From positions 27,863,380 to 27,927,379 of the forward strand of contig NC_068987.1 in the NCBI RefSeq assembly GCF_001194135.2: 64,000 nt of DNA, in the 5' to 3' direction. Of the stretch, positions 27,357-41,043 are shown piece by piece; position 1 is the stretch's first letter; every line of letters starts with the position of its first letter. The notes below the pieces were generated by a model. That model ran no database searches. It was not told the origin of the DNA and worked only from the letters and a program-made list of their open reading frames with translations. A program made the position numbers and the translations under genes. The stretch is from Octopus bimaculoides. Its lineage: Eukaryota.

Positions 27357-29154
27357 NNNNNNNNNNNNNNNNNNNNNNNNNNNNNNNNNNNNNNNNNNNN
27401 NNNNNNNNNNNNNNNNNNNNNNNNNNNNNNNNNNNNNNNNNNNNNNNNNNNNNNNNNNNNNNNNNNNNNNNNNNNNNNNNNNNNNNNNNNNNNNNNNNNN
27501 NNNNNNNNNNNNNNNNNNNNNNNNNNNNNNNNNNNNNNNNNNNNNNNNNNNNNNNNNNNNNNNNNNNNNNNNNNNNNNNNNNNNNNNNNNNNNNNNNNNN
27601 NNNNNNNNNNNNNNNNNNNNNNNNNNNNNNNNNNNNNNNNNNNNNNNNNNNNNNNNNNNNNNNNNNNNNNNNNNNNNNNNNNNNNNNNNNNNNNNNNNNN
27701 NNNNNNNNNNNNNNNNNNNNNNNNNNNNNNNNNNNNNNNNNNNNNNNNTATATATATTGCTTTAGATGTGCCGGAATGACATTGCTAATAGAGTTGTCAG
27801 TACCATCTTATATAATAGACATAACAGCGTAGAATCTATTCAGAGTTCTTGATCAATCATTAAAAAAAATCAAGATTTTAGAAGTAAGAGCTGTGAATGG
27901 GTTTAGAAGGAGAAAATTTGTCAAGCGTATAGAAATTACTCAAGAGAAAAGGAGTAACGTTTGCGTTGTGCCACATAAAAACGTCCAAAATGCCATTCCA
28001 ATCACCTACAAATACTAATGAGTGAGATGTTCCTAAAAATGTCTCTAGACATCTATAGAAATCGAGCCGGTTCTCTCTCCAACTGGGAGGGGGTAGCTAC
28101 TAATTCGGTGGTACTGTCGCTATACTAACCTCTGGGACCACCGGCTTAACATCCGGGTCTAAGGAAATGTTCCGTTGCTACTGCTTTCGTTTCTACTCTT
28201 GGTTCCTTTTCTTTTCTTTAACGGTATCGCTTTCTCTTACTATGGCTGATGTTGTTCATCTTCATAATGTTGCTGATCGTCTCTAACAGTCGTTCTGCTA
28301 CTTGTATTCTTTTCTTATGTCACTGATTTTTTTTTTCTTTTCTTTTTCTTAGGTATATTCTATGATTTTGGTTGCTACTATTATTTCTGTTCTCGCTGCA
28401 GTCGTTAACGCTGTGGTTGTTCGTATACAAGTCAGTCTGACATTTTGTCTGCGTCTTTGTGGGTATTGTTTAAACTTACTCTGCTGACTGCTTTGATTTT
28501 AGTGGTCAAGCTAACCGACTCGTCCGTCCAATCTCTCTTCCCTTTTGGCGGCATTTCTAAAATGCGTTAGTAGGACGTTTTCGTGTCGCCTCCTCTAAGT
28601 CCGAGGGCAAAGAGAACGTGGAACTGATATTGTTTCGTCTGTCTTTTTTTGTTTATGTCGTAAGTGTTAATATTGTTGTTGTTCTCGTTCTGGTCATTCT
28701 TGTTCAAATTGGTGGCCTTGGTTGGGAGACTTGCTCGTAAGCTCCTCTCTGTATGTATGATGAGGAAACTTTTATTCTTTTGCTGTCACTGCTTCTGTTG
28801 TTTTGATTCTAGAGGTTTGGGTAGCAGTAATGCTCGTAGGCGCTCTGCTCTTCTGCTCTTCCATTGGGCAGAAAGTGTTCCGGGGCATGTTTTGGGATTT
28901 TGTGACTTTGTGACTTTCTCTCTTGAACAGGAAATGGTCCGAGATTCCAGGTGATCGTAACGACTCGAACTCCAGAGACATACATGCTATATTGTTGTAG
29001 GCAACTGAGTTGAGTGCAACATTCCCGTCGTGCTCCTCCATCATTACCACCATCCTGGCCTCGTTACTGTGAAGTGGAACGTTGGCGACTCGTCTTCTCA
29101 AGTAAAGTGGGATTGCAATAAAATCTTGAGACTTGCAAATGATAGTAACCAGAG

Positions 29155-29205
29155 TCTTGGCCTAACTACTGAGTTCAAATTCCACGAGGTCGACTTTGCC
29201 TGTCG
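29155..29205 (+). mobile_element. SINE family C fragment
   Basis: CTGAGTTCAAATTCCACGAGGTCGACTTTGCCT. Confidence 0.55.
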
Positions 29206-30079
29206 GCAACAAGTGTCCCGTATTGGTTACTTCTTGTAATGTATCCTACAAATGACCACTCTACCTCTAATCATTTTTCTACATGTGCTGAACTGCGATA
29301 CTGTAGCTTTCTTTCGTTTCTAGTTATACATTTATAAACGATGTGTTTGATTTTTCTGGATTAGAAACTTTATGAATCTCAAGCGCGTAATATTGCATTT
29401 ATATATTTTAACATATTTTTCCATGCGATCGAGAAACTGTTTAAATACATTCACGGTTAGTTATAGCTGAAAACGAAGTTTTCATTCTGGTTTCTTGGGT
29501 GTTATCCTTGTCGATATCATAGCTGTTTTAGTTGTTACTGCTGCTTCTGCCGTTGTTATTGATGGTTTTCCCCTTCACAATCAAAAACAGCACCGGTTTT
29601 TTTGTTTCTCTGACGTTGTCTGGCATTACCATGGTAACGACAGTAGTGTTTCTAGTCAGGCATTCGCTTAACACATTCATCGCTCCACTTCTCTGTTTTT
29701 CAATTAACCACTCTTTCACACCTTCAGCGTTACATTCCTGAGTGGTGAATATCATTATTTCTACACAAATTTTCATGTTCTGCTTTTTTTTTTTTGAGGT
29801 TTTTGAGTTGTTGCTTTTTCAAATGAGACAATTTCACAATACAAGATGTAAAACCAGATAATTACCCCACCCTATGCGGGTGGAAGCAAAACGAAAAACA
29901 GGAAGAAGCAGTAATATTATTCTGTAGAGGTGACCAAAAAATTTTAACCAAACAAGTCCAAGCTGAGGTGTAAATACTGAAAATTTCAGAAATTTTACAG
30001 CACCAAGATCGAACACGTAATTTCTGTCATTGTCCTATTATTATAATAATTATTATAATGGTGATAACGACAATAAGTG

Positions 30080-31312
<1,233 letters not shown>

Positions 31313-31327
31313 TTAATAATAATAATG

Positions 31328-31360
<33 letters not shown>

Positions 31361-32159
31361 TCGATGAAGATGAAGAGGAGACAGAGGAGGAGCAATTGCA
31401 TACTACTTGAATGCAAGAGCGATTAAATAGACGACGCTTTAACATGGCTTCCCTAGTCTCATTAGAACAATAAAAGTATAGGATTTCTATTCGTTAAATA
31501 GAATTGACATGTCCCTTTTTTATTACTTTTTGATAGATTGCATGAATCCATATGATAGGCCGTCTATCGATTTGTCTACAGCAGAACATTCGTGAATACA
31601 TCATGGCGGTGGCAGTTTAATATTCATTCAAGTGTGATCAATGTTGAATAACACAAAATTCGCTTACCTTAGCATACTTTAAATTATTGAACCATAATAC
31701 AACTTGTAATACCCCAGGATGTTTACATCAATTAAAATACTTGATAACATAGCAATTAATATGTTGTTTATTGATTATAAATTTTTCAACATTGTTCATT
31801 TTTGTAACCCAATACATTTAGGATTTAGTGTATGATTCCATAAGCCATCTATCCATAAATTTAAAAGAAAGAGTTGAAAACCACAAAAAGGAATTTTGAA
31901 CGAAAAGGCATTACTTTAATTATTTAATTCCTGTTATATTAATTACATAATGTCTTTTAGAAAGAGGGTTCGAGTCTATCAAGTTACTCAACGGTTCACA
32001 ATTTCTTGCAATTTTGAAATTGAATAGTTTCAACATCTCTCTCTCTCTCTCTGTTTCTTTCTCACTTAGTCAATATATTTCTATCTTTCATCTCTTTTTT
32101 TTGTATTTTTCTTGCATTTGTATTATATTGCTTTCCATCTACAGTAATAATATCATTGA

Positions 32160-32495
32160 TTTCAAATGTTGGTACAATGCCAGCAACTTAGGGACAGGGG
32201 ATTAGTCGATTACATAGACCCCAGGGTTGAATTGGTACTTATATTATCGACTCCGAAATGTGTAAAAGAGAAAGTCGACCTCGGTAGGATTTAAACTCAG
32301 AACGTAAAGACGGACGGAATGCCGCTAAGCATTTCGCCCGACGTGCTAACAATTCTGCCAGCTCGCTGCCTTACTCCAATCATAATAATATTGACGTTAA
32401 CACTAATTCTGCAACATTGCGGAATGGAGTTTAGTTGACTGCATTGACCCTAATCTTTAAATGGTACTTTGTTTTATCGACCCCGAAAGAATGTA
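32160..32495 (-). mobile_element. SINE family C, one full copy (32160-32370) plus a partial copy (32408-32495)
   Basis: Same motifs as the 30-31 kb cluster. Confidence 0.85.
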
Positions 32496-32664
32496 GTGAT
32501 ACTTAATGCTTTGAGCACAACTGATCTTACTATTTCGCATAAATGAAATATCAGGGTCTCCGTTAACATTATTTTCATTATTTCATTGTTAATAATCTTT
32601 CAAAATTGCATTTCACGAATTATTTTCTTATCGGACGTGTTACGGATAACTGAATAACTTATAC

Positions 32665-33040
32665 ATGTGTGGCTGTGTGGCAATAAGCTTGCTTCCCAAC
32701 CACATGGTTCCGGGTTCAGTCTCACTGCGTGGTACCTTGAGCAAGTGCCTTCTACTATAGCCACAGGCCGACCAAAGCCTTATGAGTGGATTTGGTGGAA
32801 GGAAACTGAAAGAGAGACGTCGATGTATATAAATATATATGTATGTGCTTATGTATTTGATCCCCACCATCACTTGACAACCGGTGTTGGTGTGCTTATA
32901 TACCAGTAACCTACTGGTTTGGCTAAGAGACTGATGAAATAAGTACTAGGCTTAAAACATAAATGCTGAGGTCGATTTGTATGCATAAAGCCCTTCAGGG
33001 TGATGGCTGTAGTCAGATAACTGAAGTAAGTCAAAGATAA
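32665..33040 (+). mobile_element. SINE family A, full length
   Basis: tRNA-like head TGGCTGTGTGG..AAGCTTGCTTCCCAACCACATGGTTCCGGGTTCAGTC, then CCTTGAGCAAGTG, a short AT/TG tract, and a tail matching 4024-4210 and 19895. Confidence 0.85.
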
Positions 33041-33548
33041 TTAAAAATCAAATAGTATTTCAAGATACTCGGTTTTCAAACGAAATGTGCGCTTCGTTCC
33101 GTTCGGCATTGCTTTACCGAGAACCTTAGAAAAATGTATCTTGGCATATAACATTCTGCAGCCAACTACTTTTACCCCAACAGTCATTAGGGATAAACAC
33201 TACCTCATATCTGAAGATGAAAATGGAGTGTGTACCGTAACAAAATCATACCTTCAAATAACAGGTTACAGCATTTCGAAAATATTGTTTCAAAGTATAA
33301 TGTTTCAATACCATCATCACCAGAGAATTGCTATTATAATAAGCCAGAACCTGTGAAGTATTGTATTGAAATAGAATTATTCATATTTCAAGTAGCATGC
33401 TGTAAGAAACAAATTGCTGAAAGTATATATGTATATGTGCGCATATATTTTACATATACGTTTACTTGTATACATATATACATACATATACATAGACACA
33501 TGCATAAATTGACAAAAACGATAAATATATCCCTTACTATATAAATAG

Positions 33549-33675
33549 ACGTGTGTGTGTGTGCGTGTGCGTGTGCGTGCGTGTGTGTGTGCGTGTGCGT
33601 GTGCGTGCGTGTGTGTGTGCGTGCGTCTCTGTGTGTGTGTGTGTCCGTGCGTCTGTGTGTGTGTGTGTGCGCGCG
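33549..33675. repeat. Compound (TG)/(TGCG) alternating purine-pyrimidine tract
   Basis: Direct reading. Confidence 0.9.
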
Positions 33676-34438
33676 CTTTTCACGTGAAAACTGCTGCACG
33701 AATTGCTTCCATAGGTGGGATGCATGAATAATTTGACCTCGGATACCTAATAGGGTCGTCAGTTAATATTTTTATCAAAAATAAATAATATTGATTTATA
33801 TTTATCATTTACTTTTTTAAAAGGTTTCTTAATGNNNNNNNNNNNNNNNNNNNNNNNNNNNNNNNNNNNNNNNNNNNNNNNNNNNNNNNNNNNNNNNNNN
33901 NNNNNNNNNNNNNNNNNNNNNNNNNNNNNNNNNNNNNNNNNNNNNNNNNNNNNNNNNNNNNNNNNNNNNNNNNNNNNNNNNNNNNNNNNNNNNNNNNNNN
34001 NNNNNNNNNNNNNNNNNNNNNNNNNNNNNNNNNNNNNNNNNNNNNNNNNNNNNNNNNNNNNNNNNNNNNNNNNNNNNNNNNNNNNNNNNNNNATACGATT
34101 ATTTTGTTTCATGTTTATCTCATTCATTGTTTGCAATGATCTCTCCCCCATCTCTCTCTCACGCACACACACACACACAAACTCCAGGTTTTATTTCGTT
34201 ATTACTCAAATATCATATTAAAATTTTCCAATTGAACATGGGGTCGTCCAAAAAATATGGGCATTCTTTCGCTTGAACACACACGCTTCCTTAATTTCCG
34301 TAAAAGTTTTCATTTATTTACTTTTTTGTGCTGTGTTCAGTGATATGTATTTGCAGTCAGTCACACACGCACACATTTGTTTTGTGTATGTATGTTTGTA
34401 TACATTTATGTATGTGTGTGTCTGAGAGAAAAGTGAAA

Positions 34439-34578
34439 GTGAGTGAAGGGGTGTGTTGTCATGTATACGTACATACATAAATACATATGCATACATCTCT
34501 CTTGTATGTAAGTGTGCGTGTATGTATGAGAGAGGGATAGAAAGGGAGAGAGAGTGTGTGATGTCTAAGTGGCACTCA

Positions 34579-34629
<51 letters not shown>

Positions 34630-34711
34630 ACGCATACACATACGTACAAAAAGATGTATTCTTATTTATTTATGTATGTACGTATACATGAAAACACACC
34701 CCTTCACTCAC
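34439..34711. repeat. Inverted repeat (foldback) with arms at 34439-34498 and 34652-34711
   Basis: The reverse complement of the right arm matches the left arm at 56/60 positions. Inner (GA)/(CT) and (TG)/(CA) tracts are also complementary, with a loop near 34561-34572. Confidence 0.9.
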
Positions 34712-34813
34712 TAACTCTCTCGCTCTCTCTCTCTCTCTCTTTCTCTCTCTCCCACGCAAACACACACACGTCCATTTCATCTGAAGTTTGATATTGTATA
34801 TACATGTATCTGT

Positions 34814-36130
34814 GTGCGCGCGCGAGTGTGGCTTTCCACAATCACCAGAAAAAGCAGAGGAATTTTCTTTCTTGTTGCACCTGGTGGCACATGTAAAACA
34901 TTTGTAACAACATTGCTTCTCTCCAAGGTAAAGCAATTTTTTTTTTTAGTAGCAGTTGCTGTAGCATTCTCAGGCTTTGCTGCCACTATTCTCCTAGGAG
35001 GACGAACAGCTCATTCTGCTTTTAAATTACTGCTAAACCTGGTCACGAATGGCAGTGCAATTTGTAACTTAAGCAAATATTTAGGTTCAGCAGAAGTGTT
35101 GTGCCAATGTCACCTTATCATTTGGGATGAATGCATCATGTCACATAGAGGCGCAATGGATGCTCTTCATAAGACCTTACAAGACATCAGAGGCAACAAT
35201 AAATTTATGGTATGAGTTACATTAGTTTTATTAGGAGACTTCATATAGACATTACCAGTAATTCCGAGACAGACAAGACTTGAAATAAAAGCATGCATTA
35301 AGTCTTCACACCTATGGAATAAAGTACAGAAATTTTTCTTCAATACTAACGTGCAAGCTTTATTACATGGGGAATAATGTGCAAAACAGCTTTCAACATA
35401 TCTCCCCCAATTAGGAAATGAAAAGGTACAATTTGATGGGAATGGTGATATCAATTTGGCTCATATTGCTATCATAGTGAATTCCCCAGCTGAATTGAAG
35501 AACAAAGTATTTCCAGACTTTAGTAATAATTATAATTCATATAAATGGTTGTGTGAAGGCAATTCTTGCTCCAAAAAATGAAACAGTAGCAACGATTAAC
35601 CATGAATTAATAAATAAGATTCCAACAGTCGTTGAGGAGTACAAATCAGTTGATTCAGTCCTTGATGAAAATCAAGCTGTCCATTACCCAACAGAGTTCC
35701 TTAATTCTCTTGCGCCACCTAGAACTCCTCCACATAAAATTTTTCTGAAGGTAGGAATCCTAATAATGCTTCTAAGAAATTTAGATCCACCTAAATTATG
35801 CAATGGGACAAGGTTGATTGTGAAGACATTATCAACTAATTTGATACAAGTAACCATCATCACTGGATGTGCTTCTGGGAAAGAGTTTTCTTATTCCAAG
35901 AATTCCAATCAAACCAACAGACATGCCATTTGAGTTCAAACGAACACAATTCCCAGTGCGACTTTGCGTCGCAATATCTGTAAATAAAGCTCAAGGCCAG
36001 ACCTTGAAATCTACTGGCTTGCATTTAATTGAGCCTTGCTTTTCACAGGGTTTGTAGTTTGCAAGACTTATTTGTCTATCCTCCGAACCAAAAAACAAAG
36101 AATGTTGATTACCTAGAAGCTCTTACGTAA
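34814..36130 (+). pseudogene. Helitron PIF1-family helicase, disrupted by stops and frameshifts
   Basis: Three track ORFs plus intervening frames carry APGGTCKT (degenerate Walker A), GGRTAHSAFK, IIWDEC (Walker B), LGDF, AILAPKN, YPTEFLNSL, LKVG..IMLLRNLDPPKLCNGTRL and FKRTQFPVRL..A.SVNKAQGQTL. Confidence 0.93.
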
Positions 36131-36398
36131 TTTCCTTCAATATAAGTGGTAGAATCTATCTCCTTCCATAAAAGTGGTACATTTTGTGTTATCATTTTTT
36201 ATTATTACTATTATTATTATTATTATTATTTTGTATTATGAATTCAGAGTTGATTTCCCAATTAATGAATATATTGTATCCCAATTGAAGAATAAACTGA
36301 ATTTAGAATAACAAATTTCTCTGCAACATATCTTGTATTTTTCTTCCCAAATACAACGAACGATTTCATTCCCGGGCAACGCCGGGTGCCTCTGCTAG
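34828..36398 (+). mobile_element. 5'-truncated Helitron (helicase region plus intact 3' end)
   Basis: PIF1 helicase remnant followed by a 3' UTR, the subterminal hairpin CCCGG-GCAACG-CCGGG (36371-36386) and CTAG (36395-36398) followed by T. This is the canonical Helitron 3' end. No Rep domain and no 5' TC end seen. Confidence 0.92.
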
Positions 36399-36412
36399 TG
36401 TGTGTGTGTGTG

Positions 36413-36416
<4 letters not shown>

Positions 36417-36482
<66 letters not shown>
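36417..36482. repeat. (TA)n microsatellite
   Basis: Direct reading. Confidence 0.95.
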
Positions 36483-36490
<8 letters not shown>

Positions 36491-36526
36491 TACATATACT
36501 GCTAGTATATATATATTTATATATAT

Positions 36527-36883
36527 ACAAGACAATTTGTTTTGGGGTTTGAAAGTGAACCTGAATCTAAAAGCGTGTAGTCGTTTTTAAATCTCGTAAA
36601 AGATTTATTCACATACCAAACTATAGTAGTTTCGTACAAATATATAAATAAAAGATTTAAGAGAGTTAAAAGTTACAAGGTAAAAATTTAACATTATTAT
36701 TCGATTTTTTTACCTTGTAAATTAAAACTCTCCTAAATCATTTATTTATATATTTATACCATTGATAACCAAAAAGAGGTGGAAAATACTTTAGTATGTG
36801 AATAAATTTACTACAAAGTTTAAAAACGACAACACGTTTACAGATTCAGGTGCGATTTCAAACACCCAAAGAAATTCTCTTAT
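36527..36883. repeat. Long imperfect palindrome (MITE/foldback-like), about 355 bp
   Basis: Outer arms 36541-36620 and 36790-36870, and inner arms about 36634-36686 and 36706-36759, are reverse complementary (roughly 80-90% by eye). The loop is about 36687-36705. Confidence 0.9.
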
Positions 36884-37430
36884 GTTTTTTCTTGCGTGGG
36901 AATACATTTCTTTTTTTCATATATATAAATATATGCATATATGAGAACTTTTAGTGCAGATGATACTCCACGTATAGTACAATTGTTTTTTGTGCTCGTT
37001 TATGAGCTGAGGAGTAATACAAGGCTTAGTAGAAGATAAAAATTTCGGTTGTCAGTAATTTACATCAAAACAAACGAAATCATGTTTCCAGTGATTTATA
37101 AAACGTGACTGGGTGAGATACGTTGTTCCATTCACGTCCTTTTATGTTCAATAATCACATGTATGTATTAAAATAATTCAAATAATAAGTTGTAAATGAA
37201 AAAAGACATTTTATTCCAGTACATATAATGATGATATAAGGTCATAAGAAACGTGTAAAAGGGTGTAGATGTATGTATTTCAGGGAAATTAAAAATTGCA
37301 AAATGAAGTTCAGCAATACGAAATATCATGAAAAGTAATACATATATGGGGTTGTCTATGTGTATTACGTGAGCTATATACGTGTATATATGTCTATGTA
37401 TGTATGTATATATGTCTATGTATATATGTC

Positions 37431-37473
<43 letters not shown>

Positions 37474-38518
37474 GTACAATAGGAAAAATAGAACCAACGC
37501 ATGAAACTCTCGAACATTGATTCACTCTGCTGCTTCTGTGTGTGTATGTTGTGTGTGCATGTGTGTGTGTATGTTGTGTGTGCATGTGTGTGTGTATGTT
37601 GTATGTGTGTGTGTGTGTGCGCGCCCGTGCGCAGTCAATCTATAAAACAACACATCCCGTCTTTTTGCTCTATGCTGCTAAGGAAGACTATCAAATATTT
37701 CACGACCAGCGAATTTCGACGATGGCTTATGAAATATGAATTTGCAGGAAGTAGGAATAGCTTGCTGTCATATGCTAAGACTGCGGTATTTATTGAAACT
37801 TCCGTTTAGATATAAGATAATGTAAAGGTAGAAATATTTCGTATCCTATAGTGAAGTTTCACAGATAGCTGGTGACCTACCGTTCCATTACTGATTTGGT
37901 ACTTTAACTCTAACATGGAACTATTAGTGGGAACATGTAGCGGTGATCCGAATCCTAACGGCTAGATACTCAGACACCACCAGTGTACCTTCTATAATTT
38001 CAGAGCTCTCTGTCTATTTATCGACCAATCAATGTGAGGCCCTGGCAAGACATGGTTTTCTCGATTGTTTCGTAATAAAATCACTCGTTCCCTATAAAAA
38101 CCGTTTTGTGCCTAGAGTGCAGGAGACCAACGGACTTCTGTTTCCACAGAGATTTGCGCAGATGACTTCGAATATTTTCAGACCGACTGCATATTTTCAC
38201 ACTGATAACTTTCTATAATTTCAGAACAGTTTTTCTCTTCAGCCTGTCAGTGGTTATTAATATTGTACATTGCAGTTCGCTAGCACCAAATGTCTTTATG
38301 TTTGGCGATGAATATCCAGTTAAATGCTCACGGGATTGCCTCAGGCAACAGAATAAGTTTTCAATGAGCAGCTCAACTGGAGCAAAAGCAAAAACTCAGA
38401 GACAAATGTCTCTACTGACTATGGAAATACTTTAGCTATACCGGTATACTTTCTTTTCATTGTAATCGCACTGCGTAGCTTATTTATGTTCATGTAATTT
38501 CATGTAACATATATATAC

Positions 38519-38558
<40 letters not shown>

Positions 38559-40006
38559 CATTACATATGTTGGTGAAGAGATTCTTTACAATGTGCTAAT
38601 ATAATTAAACTTGTTTCTTTACGCACAAGATGCAAATTACATTCAAATGTAATACAGAAAAAGTTTATGTATTAACAATATAAGTAAAATGTGATAATTA
38701 TTTTGCATTTTGTACGTTTTGCTTCTATGTATTCACTGACAGTTGTTTCGGTTTAGAAATATATTTGTTAATTTAACGTAGTTTAATATTCGTGTTATAT
38801 GCTTAACACAGTATTTTTATGAGGAAAGGAATAATTTATCAGTGCATGATAAAGCAACTTAAATAAAAGAGAAAAATCACATATATTGATAGAAGTAAAT
38901 TTTAACTTAGGAAAAATTTTAAATGCTTAAGACTGACTCCTTAGAAAGATACCCAGGATTTGGAAAGATTTTCTAAAATATTCCTATTGCTTCCCTTCAT
39001 TGTCGTTAAATAATTCTGTTACTTTCTAAGTAGTCATTACACGCCGATCAACAGAAAGCTGAGAGCAACTGGAATCATAGCTGCAGCTACACTCCATGAA
39101 CAAACAATAGACACTTCAACGAATCTTTTGAAATGCACGAGTTTTTAAAAATATACTAATCAATTAATCTTTTTCACTTTTCATTCTAGGTTATTGGAGT
39201 AAAAAAAGAAAAACGGCATAAAATCCATGCACTGTTTTACGAATTGGATAACTAAATTCCATTCACTATAACGGGTGTTTTGTTGGGTTCTTTTTATGAC
39301 TATAATTACATCGAAAAGAAAACTCCACCCTGAAAATTGTGCAACACGACGATGTAAAGAAAAAATAACATGCTACTCATTTTTCACGATATTTTACTCA
39401 AATCTATCATTTGTATGCCGTTGATCACCAAGGATGTAAAAGAAAAGCAAGAGGTTAATATGGCAAATGGATTTTATGCCGATGGCTTTTAATAAAAAAT
39501 CAATTATTTGCATAAAACTTACAGTAAATTTATGAAAATAATAAACAAATAAAAATATTAATGATTTGCTTAAAATACTCCATATCCGTGAGGGAAATAT
39601 CTCAAAACATTCGCTCGGATATAAGATTTTTTTCATTTCGAAATTTTTGATTATTTTTAATAAAGTTAAATAAACAATTAAAATTTACTGTTCATTGAAA
39701 TGCTGATCATTCATTAAAAAAAAAAGAGAATACCTTTGATTCTTATCGAATGCATTAGCCATATTTCCTTTTGTAGAAATCACAATCATTTTGATAAAGT
39801 TGGGAAGTGGTTAAAAATATACATTGCACTGCAACACTTCGGGCAAATAAAGCATTAGAAATACACTTGCTGTTTGGCAAATCTAGAGCAGTTCATTATT
39901 TAGAATGTATTTTTCACTTGAAAATTTGCAATCTTCAAATACATTGGTACTGTATAATCGATTTCATTAAAAAAATTTTAATCATTTCTATGTTAGTATA
40001 TATTCG

Positions 40007-40143
40007 TTTCAAATTTTGGCACAAAGCCAGTATGTTCGTGGGGATGGGATACGTTGATTATATCGACCCCAGTATTCAACTTGTACTTATTTTATCGACG
40101 CTGAAAGAGTGAAAGGCAAAGTCAATCTCAACCGAATGTGAAC
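40007..40143 (-). mobile_element. SINE family C, 5'-truncated
   Basis: TTTCAAATTTTGGCACAA.GCCAG...ATATCGACCCCAGT.TTCAACT.GTACTTATTTTATCGAC...AAGGCAAAGTC. Confidence 0.75.
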
Positions 40144-40567
40144 ATTGTTGGCATGTATTACTTGCACATTGTTACACAAGTAAAGAAACTGAATGGTTTA
40201 TATGATTCTGCATTTTTCAAAATTTATATTTTAAGATCCTGCGTTACTTTCAGTAAATGCTACAACTATAAGCAACTATAAACTATAAATGTTACAACTA
40301 TAAACAGCAAAAATCGATAGCTTTATCTTATAAAACCTACGATGACCAGACTCACAATAAATATTTATCGAGGTCGAACATTGAAATACAATGCATGTAG
40401 ACCTACGACATCAATGTCCAGAATCAGATAATGTTTCTTTATGTAGATAACGCAAGACCATCTGAGTTCAAACATATTTTTGCTCCATTAGTGTCTACGT
40501 AAATATGCTATCAAATTGAAGTATCTACTTGTCTCTACCAATTTTGCAATATATGATTTTTTAAAAA

Positions 40568-40648
40568 ACTTGTTTCAGTCATTGGGCTGCAGCCAGACTG
40601 GGGCAACGCTTCGAAGTGCTTTAATCGAACATATCGACACCAGAACTA

Positions 40649-40650
<2 letters not shown>
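40568..40650 (-). mobile_element. SINE family A, tail fragment
   Basis: ACTTGTTTCAGTCATTGGGCTGCAGCCA..CTGG...ATCGAC matches 19895-19990. Confidence 0.55.
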
Positions 40651-40684
<34 letters not shown>

Positions 40685-41043
40685 TTATAATTATCATATA
40701 TGTCACAAAGAGGGTTGTGAAATACAGCTACCCAGGGTTTCCTTGACGAAATGTTAATTTAAAACACCATTTATCAAGCTGATAAATGCTGCAAGTCGGC
40801 TTAGTTACAGCGTTCTCTGCAATTGACGTTTGAATGAGCAGCCAGGTTTAGGAAAAAGAAAAACAGAAACACAAGGGAGATAATTAACTTTACGGTTACA
40901 TCAACCAGTGCCTTACGAATATCAAAATTGTTTTGATCAATATCGGACCGGTTTATGATGTAAATATCATACGATTATTTTTAAAGTGATCACAAATACA
41001 CACACAGACACACACACATAGCATATGCATATTTATTGTGGAT

